A stretch of DNA of 64,000 nucleotides from an uncultured Chitinophagaceae bacterium (lineage in GTDB: Bacteria; Bacteroidota; Bacteroidia; Chitinophagales; JADJOU01), in the NCBI GenBank assembly GCA_964465185.1, contig CAYXKX010000003.1, forward strand, positions 1,527 through 65,526. Reading direction: 5' to 3'. Shown piece after piece: positions 1 through 9,725 of this stretch (the stretch's first letter is position 1; every line of letters starts with the position of its first letter). The notes beneath the pieces were generated by a model, which was not told the DNA's origin, searched no databases, and worked only from the letters and a program-made list of their open reading frames with translations. The position numbers and the translations under genes are program-made.

Positions 1-62
1 CTAGACTCAATCTATAACAAAGAAATTATCGATAAAGTTTACTTTACTCTAGCTGATAATAC

Positions 63-1334
63 ATGCGTATAGGACTTGTCACCAAGGGCTCCCGAGGAGA
101 TATACAGCCATTTATTGCTTTAGCCTTAGGACTCAAGACTAGGGGTCATTCAGTGTCCATTGTTACCTTCAAGAATTTCCGCGATCTAGTCTCCGACTAT
201 GGTATTGATTTCATTCCACTCGATATGGACATGGAAAATGAGATTTATACGGAAGAAATAATGGAGGTTCTCCGCAATGGAAATATGTTAAAGTTTGCCC
301 AGCTTGTAGGGAGACACTCAGCAAAACACAATGAGAAAACGATTCTAGAAGTCAATAAAGCCGCGGATGACTTCGATTTCATAGTTTCTAGTGGGTTGGC
401 ATTCCCTACCATTTTACCGATAACAAAAAAGAATAATATCGGCTATGCCATTTTGAATTTTAGCATGCCGTATTCTTTGACTCGAGAGTTTCCTGCTATG
501 GGCTTTGGCTTTCAGAATATACCTTTTTTGAATAGATTGTCCTACTATGTTTTCAATTATTTCGCTATCAAACTGGTTATTCAGAAAGAAGCCAATCAAA
601 CAGCCAGCTTATTAAATCTCCCTAAATGGACGACTTCTCAACTTAGAAAAGTACTAATGAGATCCAATCAGCTCATTATTCATCCTATGAGCAAGCATTT
701 GCTGCCCCCACCAGCAGACTGGCCAACAAACTCAGTAGTTACGGGTTTTTTGGCGCTACCTGCCGATTTAAGAAATTCGAACCCCAATGAACTGATTTCA
801 AAGGATTTAGAAGCCTGGCTGGAGAGGGGAGAGGCGCCTATTTATATAGGATTTGGAAGTATCCCTGTGCCCGATACCGCATTATTAAAATCAATTATTC
901 AACAACTATTGCTTCAAACAAATCACAGAATTATCTATTGCCTAGGCTGGACCAAACCATTTCTGGATATAGAACATGATAATTTGTTCATAATAGATAA
1001 GATAAATCACGATTGGTTATTTCCAAGATGCAAGTTGGCTATCATTCATGGAGGAATAGGTACAATAGGTGCGGCACTTAAAGCGCAGCTTCCTTTAATC
1101 ATTGCTTCTATTGTGGTAGATCAACCATTTAATGGTCAAATGATTGAGAAACTAAATGTCGGAATTCATTTTCCTTTTAGAAAACTGAGCTTTGATAAAT
1201 TAATATCCGCTATTGATAGGATTTTAGATGGAAATTATCGGATAAATGCGAAGCTAATAGGTGAAAAAATGAGGCTTGAAAATGGGGTAGGGGAAAGTGT
1301 GGAGATTATTGAGAATTATATTGCCAAGATTTAA
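63..1334 (+). CDS. Glycosyltransferase family 1 (UDP-glycosyltransferase, MGT/sterol-glucosyltransferase-like)
   Basis: 423-aa ORF. N-terminal GSRGDIQPFIALALGLKTRGH motif and C-terminal HGGIGTIGAAL nucleotide-sugar binding region are typical of GT1 UDP-glycosyltransferases. Confidence 0.8.
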   Translation: MRIGLVTKGSRGDIQPFIALALGLKTRGHSVSIVTFKNFRDLVSDYGIDFIPLDMDMENEIYTEEIMEVLRNGNMLKFAQLVGRHSAKHNEKTILEVNKAADDFDFIVSSGLAFPTILPITKKNNIGYAILNFSMPYSLTREFPAMGFGFQNIPFLNRLSYYVFNYFAIKLVIQKEANQTASLLNLPKWTTSQLRKVLMRSNQLIIHPMSKHLLPPPADWPTNSVVTGFLALPADLRNSNPNELISKDLEAWLERGEAPIYIGFGSIPVPDTALLKSIIQQLLLQTNHRIIYCLGWTKPFLDIEHDNLFIIDKINHDWLFPRCKLAIIHGGIGTIGAALKAQLPLIIASIVVDQPFNGQMIEKLNVGIHFPFRKLSFDKLISAIDRILDGNYRINAKLIGEKMRLENGVGESVEIIENYIAKI

Positions 1335-1376
1335 ATCATCAAAATACTTAAAATTCACAATTCATGCTTTCTAGCA

Positions 1377-1384
1377 TAGCTTTG
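1377..1384 (+). promoter_or_regulatory. Bacteroidota-type -7 box (TAGCTTTG) upstream of tspO
   Basis: Exact match to TAnnTTTG, ending 5 nt before the ATG at 1390. Confidence 0.35.
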
Positions 1385-1389
1385 CATTT

Positions 1390-1848
1390 ATGATTAAACG
1401 AATTCTTATTTTTCTCGTCCTCAATTTCGGCGCATTAGCGCTTGGAGGTTATTTTACTGGCGCAGGTGTCACTTCAGATTGGTATTACAATTTGAAAATA
1501 GCCCCTTGGACACCTCCGGGATGGGTTTTTGGCTTAGCATGGACCATGATTATGATTTGTTTTAGTTTCTATATGGCTTATCTAATATCCAGAGTAGAGA
1601 ATAGAAGATTTTTAATTTCTATCTATATATTTCAATGGATATTAAACGTGACGTGGAATCCTGTCTTTTTCTATTTTCATCAAATAGGTTTAGGTTTGGC
1701 AGTCATTGTCGCATTAACAGTCCTTGTGGGCTATTTTCTATTTAAATATTTACCCTTAATCAGAGTCTGGTCGCTTTGGATAGCACCATATTTTATTTGG
1801 CTTTTGATAGCAACGTCATTGAATGTTTACTTGTTTTGGTATAACTGA
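1390..1848 (+). CDS. tspO: TspO/MBR family tryptophan-rich sensory protein
   Basis: 152-aa protein with five predicted TM segments. Trp-rich motifs (WYYNLKIAPWTPPGWVFGLAWT, WNPVFF) are characteristic of TspO. Confidence 0.85.
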   Translation: MIKRILIFLVLNFGALALGGYFTGAGVTSDWYYNLKIAPWTPPGWVFGLAWTMIMICFSFYMAYLISRVENRRFLISIYIFQWILNVTWNPVFFYFHQIGLGLAVIVALTVLVGYFLFKYLPLIRVWSLWIAPYFIWLLIATSLNVYLFWYN

Positions 1849-2096
1849 ATAGGAGATAATTTAACCAATTAAACTTTCCTTCCAATATGTTACTTAACAT
1901 AATGTAAATTATAAGACAAATTGGTCCATTTGGATTTACAATAAATAATTGATAAGATGCTCATAATAAATACATCAAAATCTTCCCTTCATGAATTTTA
2001 TTTTCTATTTCATCTAATTATTTATCAGCAAATATTTTACAATATATTTGTAGTAAGACAAAAAACAATTTTTTCAAACTTTAAAAAACGTAAATC

Positions 2097-2285
2097 ATGA
2101 GTAAAATTAAATTAACGGAAGAAGAATTGCTGAAAAACGAATCGATCCTAGATGCTAATACGGAAGAAATCAATGCGAGCGCAGCTAAGAAACCGAGAAA
2201 GCCCAAAGTGCCGAAAAATCCCAAGACACCGAGAAATCCCAATTTACCGCCCAGATCAGTGCCACATACCGAGGCAAGTATATAA
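2097..2285 (+). CDS. Small hypothetical protein with Lys/Pro-rich tail
   Basis: 62-aa ORF. A TATATTTG -7-like box lies about 47 nt upstream. No family recognised. An alternative-frame ORF (2152..2334) overlaps it. Confidence 0.3.
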   Translation: MSKIKLTEEELLKNESILDANTEEINASAAKKPRKPKVPKNPKTPRNPNLPPRSVPHTEASI

Positions 2286-2322
2286 GCTAAACCGAATGGT
2301 CACATTAAAAAGTAACACACTT

Positions 2323-2826
2323 CTAGATTTTTGAATTAATAACAGAATAATAGATTGAATCTCTATAAACACCATTCTTAATCACATATGATTTAAAAGT
2401 TCCTTCATATTCCATGCCAGCATTTAGCATCACTTTTCCCGAAGCTGGATTTATAGCATCATGGCATGCGCAAATACGAACCAATTTAAGTTCGGTGAAT
2501 CCAATTTTAATAATCATTTTAAGCGCTTGGGTCATGTATCCGCGCCCTCGATAGTCTTTTCCCATCCAGTAGCCAATTTCGGCCGCCCAGGGTTTTATTT
2601 GGTTAAAATTAATGCCTATAATACCTATAAGTTCAGGATTTCCGTCTAAATGAATCGCATAGGTCTTGGATTTGCCTCCTAAAACTATATTATCGTAGAA
2701 AAAACGTGCATGTTCCATTTCATAAGGATATGGAATATTTAAGGTCATCTGACTTATTACAGGATCCTGACACAGTTCGACAATTCTTTCCAAATCCGTT
2801 TCCAATATATCGCGCAAATGAATCAT
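2323..2826 (-). CDS. GNAT family N-acetyltransferase (RimJ/RimL-like)
   Basis: 167 aa. The GYWMGKDYRGRGYMTQA acetyl-CoA binding motif is typical of RimJ/RimL-type GNATs. Confidence 0.85.
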   Translation of the reverse strand: MIHLRDILETDLERIVELCQDPVISQMTLNIPYPYEMEHARFFYDNIVLGGKSKTYAIHLDGNPELIGIIGINFNQIKPWAAEIGYWMGKDYRGRGYMTQALKMIIKIGFTELKLVRICACHDAINPASGKVMLNAGMEYEGTFKSYVIKNGVYRDSIYYSVINSKI

Positions 2827-2840
2827 ATCTTATTGTTTTT

Positions 2841-3710
2841 CTATTGTTTAAAGTTGATTAAATAAAGCGCTAGTAAAGCTAAAAAAAGCCCAAATAGTTT
2901 GAATTTATCTAGCTTTTCTTTAAACATTACGAGTCCTATTCCTACACTTAATATCACAATGGACAAATTATTGACCATAAATACGGTAGAACTCTTCATT
3001 TGGAAGTCCTTTTCCATTTCCTGAAGTGCTTTGACTAAAAAATAGATCGAAAAATAGTTGGGAATGCCCAATGCGATACCTCCCACAAGACTTTTCACGT
3101 CCCATTTCATTCGTTTAAATATAACAAAACTAAGACTTGAGATAGCTGCCGCTAAAAACGCTGTAAATGAGAACATTCCATTAGAAGCAGGCACGACAAA
3201 TTTCTGTTGAATGAGTTGAACCGCACTATCACAAACCCCAGAGCCCAACCAGACGAAAACAGGGAGCAATAATACTATCTTATCTAGCTTATTATCAACG
3301 TATTTACTAGGCTTATTTAGGAAATAAATAGAAGTAAAGCCAAAAATCAATCCAATATAGTTAATCCATTGAAAATGTTCATCATAGAATAAAATTCCAA
3401 TAACAACGGGAAAAACAACCCCTAATTTCATGGCAACACTGGTTATTCCCATACCTACAGATTGGGTGGCAGCTCTGCTGAGATTAAAAACGATGGAAAA
3501 CATCACCCCTAAACCACAGGATATGAGCACCCAATCTAAGTCGCTAGAATTCAATAAAGCCGGCTTATGAAGAAAAAACAACCCTACGCAGGCCGCAGCA
3601 GCGTAGTTTACGGCTATGGCCAATACAGAATTCACTTTGTATTTATCAAATAATTTGAAGAAAATCAACAAACTAGATGAAAATAAGATACTAAGGAGTA
3701 GGTAAATCAT
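2841..3710 (-). CDS. Multi-pass membrane protein, DMT (EamA-like) superfamily candidate
   Basis: 289 aa with about 10 hydrophobic segments in two halves. No sharp motif, so the call rests on topology and size only. Confidence 0.5.
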   Translation of the reverse strand: MIYLLLSILFSSSLLIFFKLFDKYKVNSVLAIAVNYAAAACVGLFFLHKPALLNSSDLDWVLISCGLGVMFSIVFNLSRAATQSVGMGITSVAMKLGVVFPVVIGILFYDEHFQWINYIGLIFGFTSIYFLNKPSKYVDNKLDKIVLLLPVFVWLGSGVCDSAVQLIQQKFVVPASNGMFSFTAFLAAAISSLSFVIFKRMKWDVKSLVGGIALGIPNYFSIYFLVKALQEMEKDFQMKSSTVFMVNNLSIVILSVGIGLVMFKEKLDKFKLFGLFLALLALYLINFKQ

Positions 3711-4686
3711 TGCGTAAATATTGACAAATTAAGTGCTGAAAATAGTTTTTCTCTTCAATGAGGTTGTAATTTGATGATATTACCTTGGGACTAGCTATCC
3801 CAGATTGTAAGATTAGGTTTTGATTTTCAAAGGTATATATCTCATGGAATAGAAGATTATTTATGAAAAAACGAAACACCTCTGCCCCACCCTCGACCAA
3901 GACATTTCTATAGCCAAGCCCAAAGATTTTTCTCTTCAAATCAGTGGAGTCCAAAGTCGATATAAAATGCGTCAAGCGTCCATCCTTTCCAATTATTGTT
4001 TGGTCTACATCATGCTGTAAAATAATTATATCAGGCTGAAAATCTGTAGGATAAAACCTAGCAGTTAATTCTGGTTGATCATTCAACCAAGTATTTTTTC
4101 CAACCAAAATTGCATCTACTTCTGAGCGCAACTTATGGCCTAGAATATCAATTTCCTGACATGTAATTTTCACCCTTTCACCTATTCTACCTATAAAACT
4201 GTCTTGACTATAGGCTAATTTACCAATGAAAAACGGCTCATTTTGAGTTTGGTTAATAATAAATATTATGTTAAGTGATTTCTGCTTTTCTTCCCAATTA
4301 AGATTAATAACCTCAATTTCCTGTGACCTCAGAAAGTCCATGCCTTGAAAACGAACTTTAGGATTAACATCGGCTGAACCAATAACTACCTTTTTTACCC
4401 CACTATTCAAAATCAGATCTGTACATGGAGGAGTTTTGCCATAAAAATTGCATGGTTCTAGTGAAATATATAAGGTAGATTCTTTTAATAAAGTCTTATT
4501 ATCCAGATTTTTAATACAATTTACCTCTGCATGGGGTCCACCAAAGTAGGCGTGATATCCTTCAGATATGATTTTATCTTCATGAACCAATAAAGCGCCA
4601 ACCATTGGGTTAGATCGAGTCTTTCCTTTGCCTTTTTGGGCCAATTCAAAGCAACGATTCATAAAATATTCATGTGACCACACCAC
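3691..4686 (-). CDS. ribD: Bifunctional riboflavin biosynthesis deaminase/reductase RibD
   Basis: CMP/dCMP deaminase zinc motifs HAEVNCI and PCNFYGKTPPC, followed by a RibD C-terminal reductase region. The ORF starts at GTG 4686; an alternative ATG is at 4662. Confidence 0.9.
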   Translation of the reverse strand: MVWSHEYFMNRCFELAQKGKGKTRSNPMVGALLVHEDKIISEGYHAYFGGPHAEVNCIKNLDNKTLLKESTLYISLEPCNFYGKTPPCTDLILNSGVKKVVIGSADVNPKVRFQGMDFLRSQEIEVINLNWEEKQKSLNIIFIINQTQNEPFFIGKLAYSQDSFIGRIGERVKITCQEIDILGHKLRSEVDAILVGKNTWLNDQPELTARFYPTDFQPDIIILQHDVDQTIIGKDGRLTHFISTLDSTDLKRKIFGLGYRNVLVEGGAEVFRFFINNLLFHEIYTFENQNLILQSGIASPKVISSNYNLIEEKNYFQHLICQYLRNDLPTP

Positions 4687-4707
4687 ACAAATGTAGAAAA
4701 AAATGCT

Positions 4708-4715
4708 TAGTTTTG
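4708..4715 (+). promoter_or_regulatory. -7 box TAGTTTTG upstream of the LOG-family gene
   Basis: Exact TAnnTTTG match 22 nt upstream of the ATG at 4738. Confidence 0.4.
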
Positions 4716-4737
4716 AATTAGATTATAAGTAAAAAAT

Positions 4738-5331
4738 ATGAATAAAATACAATCTCTAGCCATTTTCTGTGGCTCTAGCCAAGGGAATAACCCTCATTTT
4801 ACCAAATTAGCCCAAGAACTAGGAGCTTATCTGGCCAATAATAAAATAAAATTGATTTATGGTGGGGCGCATGTCGGTTTGATGGGTGAGGTCGCCAACG
4901 CTTGTCTGTATAATGGCGGCGAAGTTTTAGGCGTTCTACCTAAATTTTTAAGCTCTAAAGAGATAGCCCATGGTGGACTTACGGATATCATTTTAACGGA
5001 TTCTATGCATGAGCGCAAAGCTAAAATGGAGGAATTAGCTGATGGGTTCATTGCTATTCCTGGTGGTTTTGGAACTTTAGATGAATTGTTTGAAATACTG
5101 ACCTGGGCTCAATTGGGATTGCATACTAAACCAATAGGATTACTGAATATAGATAATTTCTTTTCTCCCCTTCTCGCTATGATAAAGAATATGGAAGACA
5201 GTCAGCTTCTCAAAACTACGCATAAGAATATGTTATCGGCCTCTGATAATGTTGCTGAGCTCATACAACAGATGAAAGCATATAAAGCACCTGATTTACC
5301 TAAGTGGATCAAAAAAGTTGAGGAAAGTTAA
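4738..5331 (+). CDS. LOG family protein (cytokinin riboside 5'-monophosphate phosphoribohydrolase-like, TIGR00730 type)
   Basis: GGAHVGLMG and PGGFGTLDELFE motifs are diagnostic for the LOG/lysine-decarboxylase-like family. Confidence 0.9.
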   Translation: MNKIQSLAIFCGSSQGNNPHFTKLAQELGAYLANNKIKLIYGGAHVGLMGEVANACLYNGGEVLGVLPKFLSSKEIAHGGLTDIILTDSMHERKAKMEELADGFIAIPGGFGTLDELFEILTWAQLGLHTKPIGLLNIDNFFSPLLAMIKNMEDSQLLKTTHKNMLSASDNVAELIQQMKAYKAPDLPKWIKKVEES

Positions 5332-5380
5332 TTAAATCAAATTTGCTAATAAGCAAGTCAACAAAGGGTCAATGTATTGT

Positions 5381-5980
5381 CTAATTTCTATGCTTACCTG
5401 TAGTCCAGCCTTTTTCTTTCAAATATTTTTCGCCTGATTCAACAGCACCATCTTCTATAGTTGTTCCCATAGAGTCATTCCAGCGATTGAGATAGCCGAA
5501 TAGGGCTACCACACCTAGTATCTCGACAATCTCGCCATCATTCCAGTATTTTCTTAAGTTTTCAGATATTGGCTCATCTACTGCATTGGGTATACTTGAA
5601 CTCGCCACAGCAAACTCAAGTGCTGCTTTTTCTGCTTCTGAAAAGACTGGGTGAGTCCGAAACTCCCAAATATGATTTAATTGCTCCTCCTCTGCTCCAT
5701 AGCGCTCTGCTGCTCTTATTGTATGCGCCTGACAATAACGACAACCTGCTGCATTGCTGCTGATATAACCTATCAATCGCTTGAGCGCACTCGTCACTCG
5801 ACCTTTATTTTCCATCACTGCTTTATTGAGCTCTATGAAGGCATAAGCAATAGCAGGTCGGTGATACATTGTTTTGACACTATTGGGACAAAAACCCAAG
5901 GTTTCATTGAAAAATTCAATTAATTCCTGAAAGGCTTTGTCTTCCTTTTCTGAGGCGGGAGATACGAGGGGGCTATTCAT
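5381..5980 (-). CDS. Carboxymuconolactone decarboxylase (AhpD-like) family / peroxidase-related enzyme
   Basis: 199 aa with the CRYCQAH (CxxC-x-H) motif characteristic of the AhpD/CMD fold. Confidence 0.75.
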   Translation of the reverse strand: MNSPLVSPASEKEDKAFQELIEFFNETLGFCPNSVKTMYHRPAIAYAFIELNKAVMENKGRVTSALKRLIGYISSNAAGCRYCQAHTIRAAERYGAEEEQLNHIWEFRTHPVFSEAEKAALEFAVASSSIPNAVDEPISENLRKYWNDGEIVEILGVVALFGYLNRWNDSMGTTIEDGAVESGEKYLKEKGWTTGKHRN

Positions 5981-6042
5981 AAATTTATTCTTGTTCTAAA
6001 AATATAAAAGTTATTTTGACAATATATACTATTGATTAGATA

Positions 6043-7200
6043 TTACTCTATCCAAAGCACCAAACCTTTCAAGTAATTACTTTCAGGATGGAAGAGATTG
6101 ATAGGGTGATCTTCAGGTTGAGAGAGTTGCTGCACGATGCGTATGGATCTACCTGCTTCGATACCAGCAGCGACCACAGTATCTCGAAAAGTCAACGCAT
6201 CTATGACTTGTGAACAAGAGAAAGTAAACAAAATACCTCCTTTTTGAATATGACGAATTGCTTGATAATTGATACGTTTGTATGCTTGTATAGCTTTGTG
6301 CTTAGCAGATAAATGCTTGGCAAAGGCAGGAGGATCTAGGATAATAACGTCAAACTCATTGCTCATCTCCTTCATATAGTCCAGGGCATCAGCTGTAATC
6401 GCTTCGTGTTCAGATTGAAAATTGAGTTGAAAATTTCGCCTACAAATCTCATTGGCACTGGCGGAAGCATCGACGGACACTACTTTCTCCGCTCCAGCGC
6501 CTTGCGCATAAATAGAAAATCCTCCACTATAGCTAAATAGATTCATGACCTTTTTTCCTTGACAATATTTCTGCAAGGCCGCTCTATTGTTCCTTTGATC
6601 TATGAAGAAACCCGTCTTCTGCCCTTTCTCCCAGTCTATATCGAAGTGGTATCCATTCTCTACCCAATCCTCTTTCACATAGCTTCCTTTTATATAATTT
6701 TTATCTGTGGCTTCGTTTATGAGGTCGCTCGATTTGTCGAAGATATTCAATTGATCTCCATAAATACTAGTCAAAATCTCTGTCAACAAAGGTAAATGCT
6801 GATACATGCCGACGGTGTGACATTGAATGACGGCTGTAGAGCCATACATGTCAATAATCAAACCTGGCAATCCATCGCCCTCCGCATGAACTAGACGATA
6901 CATATTCGTTTGATAATTTTCCGTCAAGCCGAGTTGCTTGCGATAGGAATAGGCACTCTTTATCTTGGTTTTTACTATTTCTTCTATTGTTTGATTGCCA
7001 TCGAAACTCAAAATACGAACTGCGATAGAACCGTCAAAATAATGACCTACAGCGAGTTTATCCCCTTTTACATTGATGAGAGAAATGACGTCGCCATTCT
7101 TGGTGCCTTTTTCCACAGAATGAATAGAGCCGGAAAATATCCAAGGGTGAAATCTTTGTAAACTAGCCTCGCGTTGTGGTTTTATGGTGACCTTCTTCAT
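6043..7200 (-). CDS. rlmI: Class I SAM-dependent rRNA (cytosine-C5) methyltransferase, RlmI-like
   Basis: N-terminus REASLQRFHPWIFSG (PUA-like region), DGLPGLIID, and an MTase core (NLFSYSGGFS, ILDPPAF) closely parallel E. coli RlmI. Confidence 0.85.
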   Translation of the reverse strand: MKKVTIKPQREASLQRFHPWIFSGSIHSVEKGTKNGDVISLINVKGDKLAVGHYFDGSIAVRILSFDGNQTIEEIVKTKIKSAYSYRKQLGLTENYQTNMYRLVHAEGDGLPGLIIDMYGSTAVIQCHTVGMYQHLPLLTEILTSIYGDQLNIFDKSSDLINEATDKNYIKGSYVKEDWVENGYHFDIDWEKGQKTGFFIDQRNNRAALQKYCQGKKVMNLFSYSGGFSIYAQGAGAEKVVSVDASASANEICRRNFQLNFQSEHEAITADALDYMKEMSNEFDVIILDPPAFAKHLSAKHKAIQAYKRINYQAIRHIQKGGILFTFSCSQVIDALTFRDTVVAAGIEAGRSIRIVQQLSQPEDHPINLFHPESNYLKGLVLWIE

Positions 7201-7204
7201 GCGC

Positions 7205-7234
7205 CAAAGATAGGGCGTAAGGCCACGAATTCAC
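7205..7234 (-). promoter_or_regulatory. -7 box TATCTTTG plus upstream 13-mer GTGAATTCGTGGC (rlmI-like promoter)
   Basis: CAAAGATA at 7205-7212 and GCCACGAATTCAC at 7222-7234 on the + strand. The same pair recurs upstream of purQ (45693-45723). Confidence 0.4.
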
Positions 7235-7259
7235 CAATTATTTATTCTCAAAGAATATG

Positions 7260-8279
7260 CTACTTCTCTCCAAGAATCCTTGAATACATATCTAAAACTC
7301 CTTCCTTAAACTCTTTTTGAGATAACTTAGGCTCAAACATAGTCATAGTTGGTTTCCCATTAATCTCATGAAGCCTGTAATAAAAACCAAATGTACCCCT
7401 CATGTCTTTTAAAGTCATATTGGTTCTGCCAAATTTGACACAATAAACGTTTAAGGTATCACCGTTTTGTTCAGATAAATTATAGCCATGACTAAACCAG
7501 ATGAGGGCATTTCGATTCTTGATATCTGGATGATTTTCTATCAATTGTTTGTTTCTTGGATAACTTAACCACTCCATTTTTTCTTTAGGAAATAAAAGAG
7601 AATTTTCAGATATATAAAGCATACTATCATTGCTAGCTATGCCATACCATAAAAAATTATTCAGAATAGCTGGGTTGGTCATCGATTGCGAATAATCAAT
7701 TTTATTGTCTTCTAAAGATTTCTGGAAGATATGATTGGCATAAACTTTATTGCCAAAAGTATATCCCAGATAAATCAAACAATAGATCAAAACACTCGCC
7801 GAAAACTTAGTTCGAGCTTTTGATTGATTCTTCATAAAAATAGCAATGATTAATAGAATGAGCATTGGCAAGGTGAAAAACAAATCTACAATAGCCAAAT
7901 TATTGGAACTATAGGCATGATTGGTTATAGGTAGAAAGATTTGGGTACCAAAATTGGTGCAGACATCTAATAAGGAATGTCCCCATAAACAGGCTAGAAA
8001 TAACCAAGCCCAGCGCTTAAAACTCACCTTTTTAGAAAAGAGACGATAGAACAAATAAGCTATCGGAAATGCGTAAAGAGTCTCCCAAAGCAAGGAATGG
8101 GTGTGGCCTCTGTGATGGCACATATATTTAAAAGGATCATCAAGACCTGTATAGAATATATCAAAGTCGGGAATGGTTTTAGCCAGAGCTCCGACAAGCA
8201 TAGCTTTTCTCCCGAGTTGCTTGCCTAAGATGAGCTCGCCTATGGCAGCTCCTATAACTATGTGGGTGAGAGAATCCAA
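7260..8279 (-). CDS. Membrane-bound metal-dependent hydrolase (YdjM/DUF457-like)
   Basis: The N-terminus MDSLTHIVIGAAIGE, His-rich motifs (HRGHTHS) and several TM segments are typical of the YdjM family. Confidence 0.7.
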   Translation of the reverse strand: MDSLTHIVIGAAIGELILGKQLGRKAMLVGALAKTIPDFDIFYTGLDDPFKYMCHHRGHTHSLLWETLYAFPIAYLFYRLFSKKVSFKRWAWLFLACLWGHSLLDVCTNFGTQIFLPITNHAYSSNNLAIVDLFFTLPMLILLIIAIFMKNQSKARTKFSASVLIYCLIYLGYTFGNKVYANHIFQKSLEDNKIDYSQSMTNPAILNNFLWYGIASNDSMLYISENSLLFPKEKMEWLSYPRNKQLIENHPDIKNRNALIWFSHGYNLSEQNGDTLNVYCVKFGRTNMTLKDMRGTFGFYYRLHEINGKPTMTMFEPKLSQKEFKEGVLDMYSRILGEK

Positions 8280-8287
8280 ATTTATAT

Positions 8288-9472
8288 TTAATTTTGCATA
8301 GTTAGAACTTGAATTAGCTTATCTATAAACTCATCTATTTGCTCATAAGTGATGGTCAAAGGGGGACAAATTCGCATACATTGAGTATTAAACAAAAACC
8401 AATCAGTAATGATGCCATGTGTGATACAAGCTTCTATTAATTCGAAATTTTTGACCTGCGAATCCATGTCAACTGCTAAAAGTAGCCCTTTTCTTCGTAT
8501 ACGGCCAAATCCTATGTCTTCAAGTGATTGTTGTAGATATAAACCTTTCTTTTCTACCTCTTTTAATAGCGTTTCTTCTTTTAAAACCTTTAAACTGGCC
8601 AGTGCTGCAGCACAGCAAACAGCATTGCCCCCATAGGTAGAAATATGTCCAAGTATAGGGTCAAAACTAAGTGTTTTCATGACCTCTCTATTGGCAATAA
8701 AGGCAGCTATGGGCATACCCCCTCCGAATCCTTTTCCTAACAATAAGATATCTGGAATTATATCATATTGCTCAAAGGCAAAAAGAGTGCCTGTTCGTCC
8801 ACAACCCGTTTGAATTTCATCTAAAATCAATAGAGCGCCCACCTCTGTGCATCGCTTTCTCAAGGCTTGGAAATAATCGTAATCTCCAATAATCACGCCT
8901 TTCTCTGCCGAAATCAGCTCTATAATGACAGCGGCCGTATGTTCTGTAATTTTACTTATATCTTCCTTCTTATTAAACTCGATAAAACTATGCCCAGGCA
9001 CTAGAGGTCGAAAGGCGGTTTGGTAGGTTTCATCACCCATGGCACTCAAAGCACCTGCAGTACTGCCGTGGTAAGAATGAAAACATGAGATAATTTCACT
9101 TCTCTTGGTATATCTTTTCGCGAGTTTGAACGCGCCTTCCGTGGCTTCGGTTCCTGAATTGGTGAAATAAAAGTTGTCTAATTCTTTCGGTAGAACTTCC
9201 TTCAAGGCCTCCGCAAGCCTAGTCTGGGGCGAATAGATATATTCTCCATACACCATCAGATGCATAAAACTAGCGGACTGCTCTTGCACTGCTTTGACCA
9301 CTTCGGGATGGCAATGACCTACATTGCTGACTGAAATTCCAGAAATCATATCCATATATTTCTCGCCATTAGGGCCATAGAGATAGACCCCCTCTGCCCT
9401 GTTAACTTCTAAGGCTAAGGGATGCTGTGTGGTTTGAGCTATATGAGATAAAAAGAGTTGACGATTGTTCAA
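8288..9472 (-). CDS. Class III PLP-dependent aminotransferase (acetylornithine/ornithine aminotransferase-like)
   Basis: LILDEIQTGCGRTGTLFAFE followed by LLLGKGFGGG (PLP lysine region). The NSGTEATE motif is also present. Confidence 0.85.
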   Translation of the reverse strand: MNNRQLFLSHIAQTTQHPLALEVNRAEGVYLYGPNGEKYMDMISGISVSNVGHCHPEVVKAVQEQSASFMHLMVYGEYIYSPQTRLAEALKEVLPKELDNFYFTNSGTEATEGAFKLAKRYTKRSEIISCFHSYHGSTAGALSAMGDETYQTAFRPLVPGHSFIEFNKKEDISKITEHTAAVIIELISAEKGVIIGDYDYFQALRKRCTEVGALLILDEIQTGCGRTGTLFAFEQYDIIPDILLLGKGFGGGMPIAAFIANREVMKTLSFDPILGHISTYGGNAVCCAAALASLKVLKEETLLKEVEKKGLYLQQSLEDIGFGRIRRKGLLLAVDMDSQVKNFELIEACITHGIITDWFLFNTQCMRICPPLTITYEQIDEFIDKLIQVLTMQN

Positions 9473-9725
9473 ACAGAATAATTTTAAACTTACAAAATCC
9501 TCTCAAAAGTATACAAATCAGTTCAAGTGTTTATTATGAAATCAAGAATACTCTTTGAATGACTAAAAAACGAATGCAATAATCACATTTTCAAAAGATT
9601 TCGAAATATTTTCGTGAAGCCTTCTCTAAGCTCCCTCGATTATTGGTCAACTAGAAGGCTTGCTCATTCTTATTTTTTTTACTTTTACTCATTATTAAAA
9701 TTACATCACTCAAATTTAAAAATCT

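Noticed and set aside
2097-2285. Relationship between this Lys/Pro-rich small ORF and the island small membrane proteins
   Set aside because: The similarity is only compositional (P-K/R-x-P runs). The conserved GWRKRDLGIKPREN motif is absent.
2152-2334. 60-aa ORF overlapping ORF 2097-2285 in another frame
   Set aside because: It is an Arg-rich frame-shifted reading of the same Lys/Pro-rich region. At most one of the two can be real, and neither is well supported.
4687-4737. FMN riboswitch upstream of ribD
   Set aside because: The spacer is only 51 nt and is shared with the divergent LOG-family promoter. That is too short for an FMN element, and none of its conserved stems is visible.
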